Shown piece after piece: positions 23,482-37,888 of a stretch of DNA of 64,000 bases. Each line of letters opens with the position of its first letter. Position 1 is the stretch's first letter. This stretch comes from Octopus sinensis. Its lineage: Eukaryota. A program made the translations under genes and the position numbers. A model generated the notes under the pieces. The model made no database searches, was not told the origin of the DNA, and saw only the letters and a program-made list of their open reading frames with translations. The stretch is taken from assembly GCF_006345805.1 (NCBI RefSeq), contig NC_043005.1, forward strand, positions 26,598,001-26,662,000. Direction: 5' to 3'.

Positions 23482-24173
23482 ACTAAATTACCTCGTTCAC
23501 AGCTAAATATTCCCTCCAAATGAGAACTATATAATAAAATACATGAAATATAATAAGGCGGCCACAGTCAATTCAAAATACAAAAATTAATCTAATTTAA
23601 ATTCTTTTCTACTCTAGGCAAATGCCCGATATTTTGGGTGGGAGGGGCCCAGTCGATTCGATCGATACTTGTACGCATCTGGTACTTTATTTATCGACTC
23701 TGGAATGACGAAAGGCAAAGTCGACCTCGGCGGAATTTGAACTCAGAACGTAGCGGCAGACGAAATAACGCTAAGCGCCCCACCCGGCGCGCTAAAATTC
23801 CAAGTATTATCACTTATTTTGTATCATCCTACACCCAGTTTAGTAACACTAATGTTTATATTCGTCGCCATTCTACTACAGTCACCTTGACCTTACATAC
23901 AAAATCAACCAAGTCGATCTCACCACACCTTTTTTTTTATCCTTCCTCATTTCTATACAATTCGGACAATATATTTACAAACGCTGCCCCTCCCTTATTT
24001 GTCCTCTTTCTATCACCAGCCGCTATGACTTTAAGCTTTCTATTTTTAGCTTCTTTTGTTGTCCTATCCCCTTCTGGTCTATTCATAATCATCATTTACG
24101 CAATACTATTTTTAGCTACCGCACCATAAAAACCGTTCACCTATCTTAGTCATACCACCAATGCTTGTACGTT

Positions 24174-24256
<83 letters not shown>

Positions 24257-24319
24257 GTACTAGTACTACTACTACTACTACTACTGCTACTAGTACTACT
24301 ACTACTGCTGCTGCTGCTG

Positions 24320-24374
<55 letters not shown>

Positions 24375-24473
24375 GGGTTCACAATTTCATATCCAAAACA
24401 TTGAAACCAGGCATGTTTCAGAATTGTGAATTATTCGAATTTTGGAAATTACAGTACAATATATATATATATT

Positions 24474-24505
<32 letters not shown>

Positions 24506-25754
24506 TGTATGTGTGTATGTATGTATGTATGTATGTATATATATTAGAGTGAGACAGAGAAATTACAGTACAATATGTATAGCTGTTGTTACCGTCTCTC
24601 TACATACATACAAATATAATCATTGTTTATCTTTATTATTTCTGAATTTCTCTTACTTTCATACTGCGGCGCTTATGTTCACAAAATTTATACTATTCCT
24701 TAATTCTCAATTTGGGTCACAGAAACGACATAATATCTTTGGGAAAGAATCATAGAATGATGCCTTATATATCCCATTTAATTCATTTCATTCTTATACC
24801 TATTTATAATACTCGATCTACAAACATCCACTTGCACAATCTAGGTATTTTTATTTCCCATATAACCTCGATTTAAAAAAAAAGCATTATATCATTATTT
24901 AACATTTCACGTAATTTTTATCCTTCACGCTTTTTAACTATTTACCTATCCAACCATTTATTCCTGTCCAAATTTTCGTTAATCCGACTGTATCTCTTCT
25001 TCCTGATTAATTCCAAAATTTGAAGCACGGCCAGAAATATCGGAGACGACGTAAGTCGATTATTTTTCCTAATTAATAATTAATAAAATCCTAATTAGTA
25101 AAATCTTTAAAGAGTTTGTTCCAATCTTTTCTATTTTTACATAAGGCTGCGAACTGACGGAACCGTTACTGCACTGGACAAAAGGCTTATTCGCAACCTT
25201 TCTACTGTTGCAAACTCACACACCTTTCATCCCTGAAGACATTGATAAAATAAGAATCAGCTTAGCACTGGCTCTTCTTTCCCTCAAAATGCCTGGCATT
25301 GTACCAAAATTCGAAAGGATCTTATATTGTTTTAAAATATTTTCATTTTCCAATATCTGAAGGATTATTTTGTTTTATCAGCTGATTGTCTTTAAAACGA
25401 TTTTGTTTTCTTAATCAAAGTCTGATTTCTTTATACTCCAACGTTTTTCACTTTGCCTTTGACTTAATTCCATCATTACATTAATGCCTTAACCTAATTA
25501 TAGCAAACACTTATTCCCTAATTTATTGGCTTCGAACTTTGACACAAGGCCAACAGTGTCGATGAAGGGGGTACGCCTATTACATTGACCACAATGTTCA
25601 ACTGGTACTTATTTAGTCGACCCCGAAAGGATGGAAGGCAAAGTTGACCTCGGCGTATTTTCAACTGAGAACATAAAGATGAAGGGAAATGCCGTTAAGC
25701 AGTAACATTTGTGCCACCTCGCCGCCTTACCCCAAATTTATTGATCAATAACAT
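23482..25754 (+). repeat. Left arm of large inverted duplication
   Basis: Collinear reverse complement of 26046-28771 once arm-specific insertions are removed. Confidence 0.9.
24175..24374. repeat. (ACT)n microsatellite
   Basis: Direct reading. Confidence 0.95.
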
Positions 25755-27312
25755 CAAGTATGTAAGAGCAGAAAAGAGAAATGTGAGCGGGAGTCTTGGT
25801 AAAAACAGAACGTGAGAGGAGAATTAAAAAATCTAAGATGTTCTATAAAGTGAAGTTAGATTTCTGAATAAAAGGAAGTAATTAAGTAGCGTTGTAAATT
25901 GTTTTCATATCAGAAGAGAAGAATTTTAATGCAAGTTCGGACATTTTAACACATTTAATTATAAAAGATGAATGGAATAAATATTAGTGAAGAAGAGTAA
26001 ACAGGTAAGAAATTACTTAAATTAATTACGAAAATAATTGATATTATGTTATTGATCAATAAATTTGGGGTAAGGCGGTGAGGTGGCAGAAATGTTACTG
26101 TACCGGGCATAATGCTGAGCGGCATTTCCCTTCATCTTTCTCTGTTGAAAATACGCCGAGGTCAACTTTGCCTTCCATCCTTTCGGGGTCAATTAAATAA
26201 ACACCAGTTGAACATTGTGGCCAATGTAATAGGCGTACCTCCTCCATTGACACCGTTGGCCAGCCAATAAATTAGGGAATAAGTGTTTGCTAAAATTAGG
26301 TCAAGGCATTAATGTAATGATGGAATTAAGTCAAAGGCAAAGTGAAAAACGTTGGAGTATAAAGAAATCAGACTTCGATTAAGAAAACAAAATCGCTTTT
26401 AAGACACTCAACTGATAAAACAAAATAATCCTTCAAATATTTTAAAACAATAAAATATCCTTTCGAATTTTGGTACAATGCCAGATATTTTGAGGGAAGG
26501 AGGAATTCAATTACATTGATGCCAGTGCTAAGCTGATTCTTATTTTATCATCTCTTCAGGGATGAAAGGTGTTCGGAACAAACTCTTTAAAGATTTTATT
26601 AATTAGGATTTTATTAATTATTAATTAGGGAAAATAATCGACTCTCGTCGTCTCCGAAGTTTCTGGCCTTGTTTCAAATTTTGGAATTAATCAGGAAGAA
26701 GAGATACAGTCGGATTAACGAAAATTTGGACATGAATAAATGGTTGGATAGGTAAATAGTTAAAAAGAGTGAAAGATAAAAATTACGTGAAATGTTATAT
26801 AATGAAATAATGTTTTTTTTTTTACATCGAGATTATATGGGAACTAAATAGACATCTTAGAAGAGCAAAATGGGGTAAGTGGAACAAGTGCACACACGAA
26901 AACGAAAAGTGTCGCTGAAGAGGTCTCAGGTGTGTGACGAAAGATTTCCGGACAATGGACATGACTTAAAATAAGAACAGTAATAAACGAGTGAAGAACA
27001 AATACAAAGTGCGTGTGTTTATTTGGCAAAAAAAAAAAAAAATAATAATAATAATATGGCCATCCCCAAATACAACAATAAAAATACCTAGATTGTGCAA
27101 ATGGGTGTTTGTAGACCGAGTATAATAAATAGGTGTAAGAATGAAATGGGTTAAATGGGATATATAAGGCATCGCTCTATGATCTTTTTCCAAACATGTC
27201 ATGTCATTTGTGTGACCCAATTTGTGAATTAAGGAATAGTCTAAATTTTGTGAATATAAGCGCCGCAGAGTGAAAGTAAAGGAAAATCCAAAAATAATAA
27301 AGATAAACAATA

Positions 27313-27718
27313 TGGAGTGGCTGTGTGGTAAGTAACTTGCTTACGAACCACATGGTTCCGGGTTCAGTCCCACTGCGTGGCACCTTGGGTAAGTGTCTTC
27401 TACTATAGCGCCGGGCCGACCAAAGCCTTGTGAGTGGATTTGGTAGACGGAAACTGAAAGAAGCTCGTCGTATATATGTATGTATATTTATATATATATA
27501 TGTATGTGCGTGTTTGTGTGTCTGTGTTTGTCCCCCCAACATGGCAACCGATGCTGGTGTGTTTACGTCCCCGTAACTTAGCGGTTCGGCAAAAAAGAGA
27601 CCGATAAAATAAGTACTAGGCTTACAAAGAATAATTCCTGGGGTCGATTTGCTCGACTAAAGGTGGTGCCCCAGCATGGCCACAGTCACATGACTGAAAC
27701 AAGTAAGAGAGTAAAAGA
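27313..27718 (+). mobile_element. SINE family B, present only in the right arm
   Basis: Full head-to-tail copy; absent at the mirror position (~24600-24620). Confidence 0.9.
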
Positions 27719-27764
27719 TATATATATATATATATATACATATATAGCGAGAGAGAGAGAGAGG

Positions 27765-27990
27765 AGGTAACAATCGCCATGTTGAATCGTTAGCTACTGC
27801 ACGCATTTTTTTTCTCTCCTTCTTTCTGTGTTTTTCTCTCTCTGTGTATCTTTCTGTTGAAGAGCGTAGGCTCGAAACGTTAAAGACTTGTTTTATTTAT
27901 ATTTCCTGAGCGCCATACTAATACAATTGTTCGTTTGTTTTCCACCTGCCTTCGTCTTTTGTTTATTTTCATAAAGCTTCCCGTTATATA
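27765..27990 (+). mobile_element. PLE pseudo-LTR-like repeat with hammerhead-like motif at 27849-27886
   Basis: TCTTT CTGTTGA A GAGC gtag GCTC GAAAC GTT AAAGA; related copies at 39000-39300, 40560-40875, 49680-49890. Confidence 0.6.
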
Positions 27991-27993
27991 TAT

Positions 27994-28025
<32 letters not shown>

Positions 28026-28789
28026 TTGCTCGACTAAAATGTGGTGCTCCAGCATGCCCGCAGTCAAATGACGGAAACAAATAAAAGAAAAAAAGAAAAG
28101 AATATATATATATGTTGTACTGTCTTTATGGTGTGGTGGCTAAAAATAGTATTGCGTAAATGATGATTATGAATAGACCAGAAGGGGATAGGACAACAAA
28201 AGAAGCTAAAAATAGAAAGCTTAGAGTCATAGGGGCTGGTGATAGAAAGAGGACAAATAAGGGAGGGGCAGAGTTTGTAAATATATTGTCCGAATTGTAT
28301 AGAAATGAGGAAGGATAAAAAAAAGGTGTGGTGAGATCGACTTGGTTGATTTTGTATGTAAGGTCAAGGTGACTGTAGTAGAATGGCGATGAATATAAAC
28401 AATAGTGTTACTAAACTGGGTGTAGGATGATACAAAATAAGTGATAATACTTGGAATTTTAGCGCACCGGGTGGGGCGCTTAGCGGTATTTCGTCTGCCG
28501 CTACGTTCTGAGTTCAAATTCCGCCGAGGTCGACTTTGCCTTTCGTCATTCCAGAGTCGATAAATTAAGTACTAGTTGCGTACTAGTGTCGATCGAATTG
28601 ACTGGTCCCTCCCACCCAAAATATCGGGCCTTTGCCTAGAGTAGAAAAGAATTTAAATTAGATTAATTTTTGTATTTTGAATTGACTGTGGCCGCCTTAT
28701 TATATTTCATGTATTTTATTATATAGTTCTCATTTGGAGGGAATATTTAGCTGTGAACGAGGTAACTTAGTACAGGAATCTATATTTAT

Positions 28790-28829
28790 CGATCTATCGA
28801 TCTGTCTGTCTGTCTATTTGTCTGTGTGA

Positions 28830-28923
<94 letters not shown>

Positions 28924-28950
28924 GCTTCTCTGTCTGTCAGTCTGTCTGTC
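28790..28950. repeat. (ATCT)n/(GTCT)n microsatellite
   Basis: Direct reading. Confidence 0.95.
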
Positions 28951-29269
28951 TGCCATAAATTCACATGCTTAGTTGTCAACAGATGGGTAAACAAGTGGTT
29001 TCAATATATTTGTTAACATGTGCTTTCTCGCGGACAAAAGAGTTTTCATGTTCCGCTTGTTACTATGGAAACAGGTATGAATGTGTCTATAGCTTGCGAT
29101 TGGCTAAAATTACCCAAAATTTTAAAACTTCCATTACTACTAACTATTTATTGATTTATAACGAAAATGATTTTCACGTCAATCATTAGCCTATAAAAGT
29201 GTATCATTACACTGAATATGAAATCAATTCGAACATAATTGATGCTGGCAACCAAACGGACTAGATCCG

Positions 29270-29307
<38 letters not shown>

Positions 29308-29309
29308 AT

Positions 29310-29397
<88 letters not shown>

Positions 29398-29401
<4 letters not shown>

Positions 29402-29575
29402 TACTCCGTCGCTTCCGACGACGAGGGTTCCAGTTGATCCGATCAACGGAACAACCTGCTCATGAAATTAACGAGCAAGTGGCTGAGAATTCCACAGACG
29501 CGCGTACCCTTAACATAGTTCTCTGAGAGATTCAGCGTGACACAGAATGTGTCCAGAGGCTGACCCTTTCAATAT
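29398..29575 (+). mobile_element. SINE-like family D
   Basis: GTTCCAGTTGATCCGATCAACGGAAC..GTGGCTGAG..CAGCGTGACAC; diverged inverted copy at 30050-30185. Confidence 0.6.
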
Positions 29576-29884
29576 ATTGCTCACTAAATGTCGAAACGGA
29601 TTAACATTCAGAATCCACTAATGTCGATTCTCTTATCCCATTTAATTCTACACAGCATAATTAAGACATGCTGGTGGTACTTATGTAAACTAATAAAAGA
29701 GTATATGCATTGATAGAATAAAATTACAACACACGTCAGTTACATGAAAATCGCTGTCTCTACAGAATTTAGACAATTGCGCACATAATAATATCGAATT
29801 AAGAAACTGTCTCTAGCGTAATTAACAAATACCAATTAAAATAACGAATGACAACAGTGAGAATATAATGAACATCATAAATGG

Positions 29885-30040
29885 ACGTAGGTATGGCTGT
29901 GCGGTTCAGAAATTTGTTTCACATTCACGAGGGCTCACGTTTGATCTCATTGTATGGTATCTCGGTCAACTATGTTTTCACATAACATCAGGTTGACCTC
30001 AAACTTATGAGTGAAATTAAGGGAGACGGAAGCTGCTTGG
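29885..30040 (+). mobile_element. Diverged SINE family B 5' part
   Basis: GGTATGGCTGTGCGGTT..ATGGTATCTCGGTCAACTATG..CTTATGAGTGAAATT..GACGGAAGC. Confidence 0.5.
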
Positions 30041-30299
30041 GTTGTGTCCGTAATTCAAAAGTGTAGCATTGTCACGTAGTGTCACGTTCATTGAGCCTGA
30101 GAATTACATTAAAGGTATACTTATATTTGGAATACTCAGCCACTTACACGTTAATTCCATTTGTAAGCAGTTCCGATGATCGAATGGGTGAATACTCATC
30201 TTTAGAATTGACAATGGAACCATTATCATCATCATCATCAGTATCGAATAAATAACAATGTACATGGATAAGCGATATAAAAATGATAAACATGTAACA

Positions 30300-31120
30300 T
30301 TTATAAGGAAACATAAGGTGGTGAAATGGCAGAACCGTTACCACGCCGGAAAAAAAAGGGCTAACGGAATTTCTTCCGACTTTACGTTCTGAGTTCAAAT
30401 GCCGCCGGGGCCGACGTTACCTTCCGAGGTTCATAGAATAAGCACCAGTTGAACAGTGGGGTTGACTTAATTGACTTACCCCTCCCCCGAAATTGTTGTC
30501 CTTGTACCGAAATTTGAAAGCAATATCTATAGTGATGTATCCTTTTTTTTACTCAAGGCACAAGGCCCTAAATTGTGGGGGAGGGGCCAGTCGATAGATC
30601 GACTCCAGTACGCAATTGGTACTTAATTTATAGACTCCGAAAGCATGAAAGGCAAAGTCGGCCTTTGGAATTTGAACTCAGAACGTAAAGACAGACCGCT
30701 AAACATTTTACTCGGCGTGCTAACGTTTCTTATTTCTTTAATGCCCACAGGGGGCTAAATATGGAGAAGACAAACAAGGACAGACAAAGGGATTAAGTCG
30801 ATTATATGTACCCCAGTGCCTAACTGGTACTTAACTTATCGACCCCGGAAGGATGAAAGGCAAAGTTGACCTCGGTGGAATTTGAACTTAGAACGTAGCG
30901 GCTGACGAAATACGTATTTCTTTACTACTCACAAGGGGCTAAACACAGAGAGGACAAACAAGGACAGACAAACGGGTTAACTGGTAACTGGTACTTATTT
31001 AATCGACCCCGAAAGGATGAAAGGCAAAGTCGACCTCGGCGGAATTTGAACTCAGAACGTAGCGGCAGACGAAATACCGCTAAGCATTTCGCCCGGCGTG
31101 CTAACGATTCTGCCAGCCTT
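30300..31120. mobile_element. Cluster of SINE family A copies (one plus, about three minus in tandem)
   Basis: Family A core repeated at ~30380, ~30650, ~30860, ~31020. Confidence 0.85.
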
Positions 31121-31419
31121 ATAGTTGAGCTTAATCTTCAGAGTAAATGGATAAATAAGATAAGCTAACGATTTGTAATATATTTTGGAGGAAGGATTAG
31201 CGCTGGCTCAGAAAAAAAAAATGTAAGGGTTACGTATTTGAAAAGTTTATAGGCTTGGAATATTTTAAATTTTGTTGGAATCAGATGCCTGTAAATCGAA
31301 ATTCTCTCGGCACAGTTAATGAATTGTTGGAGGTTGGAAAATCTACTTTTGCATGATTCTAAAGTACAAAGTACTTAGCCTTAGTTTAGTATGTTTTAAA
31401 TAAACTAATTTAGAAAAGG

Positions 31420-31652
31420 CAGCAAACTGGAAAAATTGTTAGCTTGCTGAACGGAATGCTTAGCGGTATTTCGCCCGTCGCTACGTTCTGAGTTCAAATT
31501 CCGCCGTGGTCGACTTTACCTTTCATCCTTTCGGGGTCGATTAAATAAATGCCAGTTAGGCACTGGGGTCGATATAATCGACTTAATCCCTTTGTCTGTC
31601 CTTGTTTGTCCCCTCTATGTTTAGCCTCTTGTGGGCAATAAAGAAATAAATA
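31420..31652 (+). mobile_element. SINE family A, near full length
   Basis: Head, core and CCTCTTGTGGGCAATAAAGAAATAA tail. Confidence 0.85.
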
Positions 31653-32197
31653 TTTAGAGACCATAGTTACAAAGATAAAAAAAAGATGAAGCCATTCTGC
31701 TTGGAATACAAAGAAACGAAATGAATAATGGCTAAATGCAATTATTTTTTTTTTCTGAGATTTGGAGGTTAATTCAGTTGACGAAGGAGAACTGATAGTT
31801 TTAACCGTAACATATTGGGAAATTTCGTTGCTTGGAATTTTCCCTGGAAACGGCAGATGTTGGAATTGGCGCAGCTGAAGTTACATGTGTTTTAGTTGTC
31901 ATTTTGTTTCGGAATTTAGATTGGATCTAAACATTTGTAAGGAATTACAGATGGTGAAATAATAGTAGCGGATCCGTAGAAATTCCACGGTGTAAGTCAG
32001 CATGTTCGAAAGCATGATGTTAATATGTTAAACACAAGCAAAAAATTTCAAAAACGTTCTTTTGAAACCCCACCATTTAATCTCAAACTGTATTTTTGAA
32101 TATAATCGATGTCTGTTAATATGTTTGAAAGATGGGGGATACTTTTTATAGTTTAAAGAAATAAAAGATAAATTTTAAAAACACAACTCATTCACAT

Positions 32198-32370
32198 ATT
32201 GGCGTGGCTTAGTGGTGAGAAGCTTGCTTCCCAACCACATGGTTCCGTGTTTAGTCCCACTGCGTGGCACCTTGGTAAGTGTTTTCTATTATAACCTCGG
32301 GCCGACCAAAGCTTTGTGAGTGGATTTGGTTGTCGGAAACTGAAAAAAGCCAATTGTATATATATGTATA
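32198..32370 (+). mobile_element. SINE family B, 5' half
   Basis: TGGCGTGGCTTAGTGGT..CCACATGGTTCCG..TTGTGAGTGGATTTGG..GGAAACTGAAA. Confidence 0.85.
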
Positions 32371-32374
32371 TATA

Positions 32375-32554
32375 TCACGTGATCACGTGACCGACCAGAC
32401 CATCAGATGTTGTTACACATCGCTGGTCACACTGCGTTCGCATTGTTTTAGCCTTCGAATGACGCCACCCCGCTGGCTAAGCGAGCAGGCCAACAGAAGA
32501 AAGAGTGGGAGAAAGAGTGGTGAAAGAGTACAGCAGGGACCACCACCTCCTGCC
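32375..32554. repeat. Interspersed repeat family E
   Basis: Inverted, longer copy of 3576-3694. Confidence 0.85.
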
Positions 32555-32556
32555 TG

Positions 32557-32626
<70 letters not shown>

Positions 32627-32633
32627 TGTGTGT

Positions 32634-32674
<41 letters not shown>

Positions 32675-32872
32675 TGTGTGTGTGTGTATTATTCTTAAAC
32701 AAGTATATCCTTGCTACTAACTTCGAAGTTTCGGCCAACTAAGCCATTATAGGACGGTAAAAATTGTTTTTATTGTAACCGAACATAAAAGCAAACATTA
32801 ATATATGTGTGCGTGCATGTGCGCGTGTTTGTCCCCACCACCGCTTGACAACCGATGTTGGGTTGTTTTACG

Positions 32873-32927
<55 letters not shown>

Positions 32928-33948
32928 ACCGCGAGTGTCGCGTTGCTCTCAAGCAACTCTGCCGTCCTGGGTCGACCTTAAGTGACTTCAACACAACCAA
33001 AGCATTCTATAGGGGTTTAGTGGAGGGGAGGTACGATGACGAGCTCGGGGCGAACCTGGACGTCGACGAGGAGTACCTGACCCGCCTGTTCGGGACGACT
33101 TTCGGGCCAGGGCCCATGGACAACTTCCAGAGATCCCTGGCCTGGCAATGCTACCGAGAAGCGCTACCCGTTCGGGATAAGCTCTACAGACACGGCTCGA
33201 GAAACACGGGGCCGACCTGCCCGAGATGCGGTCAGAGCGACGAAACCGTTCTGCACGTACTCGTTCAGTGTCCAACAATTTCCGACCTGTGGGCTTATGT
33301 CGAACAACTGCTGTCACGTGTGGGACGAGTCGGTTTATCAGCTGAGTCTATCGTCAATATTGTCACGCCTCCTTCCTTCAAACGGGAAGGAAGAGCTATT
33401 TTTATCATCCTTGTGGCTATGGCGAAAGAATGTATCTGGTGGACGCGTCTGAAAGGATTGGAGACAAACACTTTCCTCTCTGGTCAATCTCTCATCAACT
33501 TCTTCAAGTACCACTTGAAAAGGAAAGTGAGAGTAGAGAGGCAAGTTTTGTCTAGCGAATGTTTTAAAAAAAGATGGGTGAATGTAGCAAGAATGGCACG
33601 TATGAATGACGAAGCCACCTTGAGCATAGTCCTATGAACCCAGAAATCGAAAACAGAGAGTTGCTTATTTGCAAAAAAAAAAAAAAAAAAAAAAGAATAT
33701 AAAATGTGACTTCATTGACCGAGGTTACCGTGGTCTTTTCCGTAGGCTTTTCTTTCCACGGGTAAACCTCACCTGTCCTCCCCTTTACACTTCATATTGA
33801 CATTTCTGTGATAACGATCCCTATTGATCAATTTTTCTTTCCTCTCCCCCCCCTTTTTTTTTTCTTTTTTTTTAAACCTTCAAAAGAAAAGCTCTACCTT
33901 GTAATTTGTTCTATCTGTGTGCAGCCCTGTGTGGCTAATAAAGAAACA
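32928..33948 (+). mobile_element. Tx1/L1-clade LINE 3' fragment (ORF2 C-terminal zinc finger plus 3' UTR) inside (TATC)n
   Basis: LAWQCYREALPVRDKLYRHG..CPRCGQSDETVLHVLVQC (zf-RVT type); stop at 33637; AATAAA at 33937; (TATC)n directly on both sides. Confidence 0.9.
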
Positions 33949-34385
<437 letters not shown>

Positions 34386-34849
34386 ACTAACTAATTAACT
34401 ATCATATATATTTTTCCTTCTGTCGATGTATGGATCTGTCTACTCCAATAATTCCGATGAATATTTAAACCTAGTAAGAAAATGATATACAATGGCGGCG
34501 CCCCCAGCATGTCACAGCCTTGGGTCTGGAACACATAAAAGATAAAACTCTAATATCCACAGCTATTGGTTATTTAACAAGCTATCAATATATCTTTAAT
34601 GCATAAACTTATAGACCATGATACTGTTTCATTATGTTAAGCATTTCGACTGTGCTTTCGATTTGAATGCATAAATGCAAAATAATATAGACACTCCACT
34701 TCTCTCTCTCTCGTGTTTTCTCTTTCTAATTTTTCATTGTTTCGTATCTCTCGGTCCCCCTGTCTTCCTCTTGTCTTTCTCTCTATTTCTCCATTCGAGT
34801 TATTACCTCCCTTGGCGTAACACTTGGGCAAAATTGCGCAGACCACAAA

Positions 34850-35445
34850 AGCATTGAGAATAATACTGATTTCAAATTTTGGCGCAAGGCCAGAAAGTTC
34901 GGCGGAGAAGATAAGTCGATTACACCGACCCCAGTACGCAACTGGTAAATATTTTATTGACCCCCCCCCCACCAAAAGGATGAAAGGCGAAGTCAACATC
35001 GGCGGAATTGGAACACAGAATGTGAAGCCGTTAAACATTTTGCCCGGCATGCTAACGATTCTGCGAGCTCTCCGCCTTAACACCAAGTATAATATTTTGG
35101 CTTAATATTTTGTGATAATCGTTGAAGAGCAGGACATCTTTGTGTAATAATCCTTTCTACTATAGGGGCAAGGCCTGAAATTGTGAGGGAGGGGTCTAGT
35201 CGATTACATCGACCCCAGTTCGTAACTGGTACTTAATTTATCGATCCCGAAACGATGAAAGGCAAAGTTGACCCCGGTGGAATTTCAACTCAGAACGTAG
35301 CGACGGGTGAAATACCACTAAGCATTTCGTCCAGAGTGCTAACGATTCTTCCAGCCCTCTGCCTTAATGCCGTATATAATATAGTTTATTTTGGCTCAGT
35401 ATTTTGTGGTAATTGTTGAAGAACTGGAAATCCCTGTGTAATAAT
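34850..35445 (-). mobile_element. Two SINE family A copies, each followed by a similar flank (old ~290 bp tandem unit)
   Basis: Flank TTTTGGCTTAATATTTTGTGATAATCGTTGAAGAGC at ~35095 recurs as TTTTGGCTCAGTATTTTGTGGTAATTGTTGAAGAAC at ~35388. Confidence 0.7.
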
Positions 35446-36151
35446 TTGAAGAACAACTTTTCACACGTGATATGCAACGTGTATTATACCAGTGAAGATG
35501 TATTTTGCTTTGTTTAGTTGGGGAAATTTGTAGGTTTCAGTTTGTTAGGTCTTTCACTTATTCGATAATTCCACACTTCCTGAAAGTTAGTTGTAGTGTT
35601 CAAAATTCTCTCTGGAAACGTCTCCACTAGAAAGCCTCAGTGATACATTTCATTGCAAAGATATTTAATAATATTCTTGAAAAAGCTAGTGAATTTGCGG
35701 ATACAATTCAGTTATTTTTATTGGCTTTTTATTAAGAAAGTATATTGATTTATTCAAAAGTAATATCCAGGAAATTCAATTCTTGGCTGTTAGATTTAAA
35801 GTAAATATATCAATATACATCTATTGACTTCATCGCATTGGATTCGGTGCAAAAAAATTCAAGAAATTATATCTGAAATATATTGTGTTACATCTTTAAA
35901 ATCTATATCAAAACTTAAATATAAAAATATGATAAAATTTCCTAAATCAGTATTCTGAGCTGGAATATGATAACCAGTAAAACGTTACAGAACTGCTACG
36001 TTTGTAAAGCTTGTTCTTCGACTTTTATCCAATTGAATTCATTTAGCATTGCAGCAACTTTGATGGAGACAAATGCACGTGATTTGCGAGTGACAAAAAT
36101 TCGTGTGAAATATACATACAAGGAATTTTTATACGTACATATACATATATG

Positions 36152-36257
<106 letters not shown>

Positions 36258-36735
36258 GTACTCGCACACAGATATATATATATATATATATACAGATGGA
36301 TATATAAATATAGAAATGGAACAAAAACGCAATAGAGGACAATAAAAACATTCAGACAGATAGACGATTCAAAGGCAGACAAGAGAGACGACAATTAGAA
36401 GGACAAGAAAAAAAAAAGATGGATCATTCGTGGCCTCCTTTCCTGAAGTGAAGTGCTAGATGTCACGACCATTTCGGGCAGTTACACTTGAGATCTGGTT
36501 CGATCTGGTTGCCCACCAAAAAGTATAAGCTATGAGCATTAGACCCCTTTGTAAGAACAAAGACAAAAAACATGGTACAAAATTACGAATACAAACAACA
36601 AGAAATAACAACAGGTGTCTTTCGACTGAGAACGAATCAAATTGAGCTGGCGTGTATGAAGTGAATGTATATGCATACATATATACATAATATATTTACA
36701 TACATACATATATATATATATATACACATATATAA

Positions 36736-36810
<75 letters not shown>

Positions 36811-37009
36811 TATATATACACATATATAAATACACATATATATATATGTATACATACACTCGAGTGATTATATATATTTTATGATCTATATTATTATCAG
36901 GAAATCAATATAGAAAATTCTTCAGAAAGATATATACGTGTGTAAAATAATTGTTGTATTAAAAATATAAATATATATAAAAAATATGTATAAGTATAAA
37001 TATATAACG

Positions 37010-37719
37010 CACTAGCTTAAAGTGACCCGCTCTATGCGCCCGTGAGGGTGTGGTTGTTACTTTCTGTTGCTTCCTTTCTGTTTCTTATTGCCACATCCAC
37101 CCTCTTTGTTTCTCTCTCCTTTCTCTCGGACTCTCCCTCGCTTTCTTTTACTCTCTATCTTTCTCTATCTATCTATCTCCCATTTATAAAAAATTAGATT
37201 TCCGCTCTCAAAATACAAATCCGCTTCCACCTTACCATGTTGAAAATTTGATTGAAATCGGACAAAAGGTGTCCAATCTAAACCACCAAGTGTCCCCCAA
37301 AATCAATAAAATGCCCGTTTTCACACCCAAGCAACTACTACGGCACCCCCAAAACGTCTCCCAATCAATTTCTCACCTCAAGTTACCCACTCCTGTAAAT
37401 TTTAATCCGTTTCCAGCCCCATTTAGACCCCTTTTTACATAAAAATCCAATTTGTATCAACATGCGCCTTCTTCATTTTATAGATTAGACAGATATACCC
37501 AGCCTTGCTCGGGATTAAAATAGTTTATTATTGTTTTACGTGTTTCGGTATTATAACGTGATTTCACTCGGCTCTAAGAGGGCCACATTTTAAAAGATGA
37601 GGAATTTTGCCCTAGAAGTCATGCCTTTCAATTGAGCAAACTCAAAGTTCCCATGCAAACTCGCTAGCACTTTTAACATAGGTGTGCATATTTTCAGCTC
37701 AATCCGACCACATATGCAC

Positions 37720-37766
<47 letters not shown>

Positions 37767-37853
37767 GCATTAAATATGTACATATATACGCATTATATAT
37801 ATACATGTCTACACATATATATGTAAATACATTATATATATATATTTATATAT

Positions 37854-37888
<35 letters not shown>

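Larger units (their letters stand above)
26046..28771 (-). repeat. Right arm of large inverted duplication
   Basis: 28227-28517 minus repeats the peptide of 23638-24129 plus; 27100-27310 is the reverse complement of 24622-24850. Confidence 0.9.
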
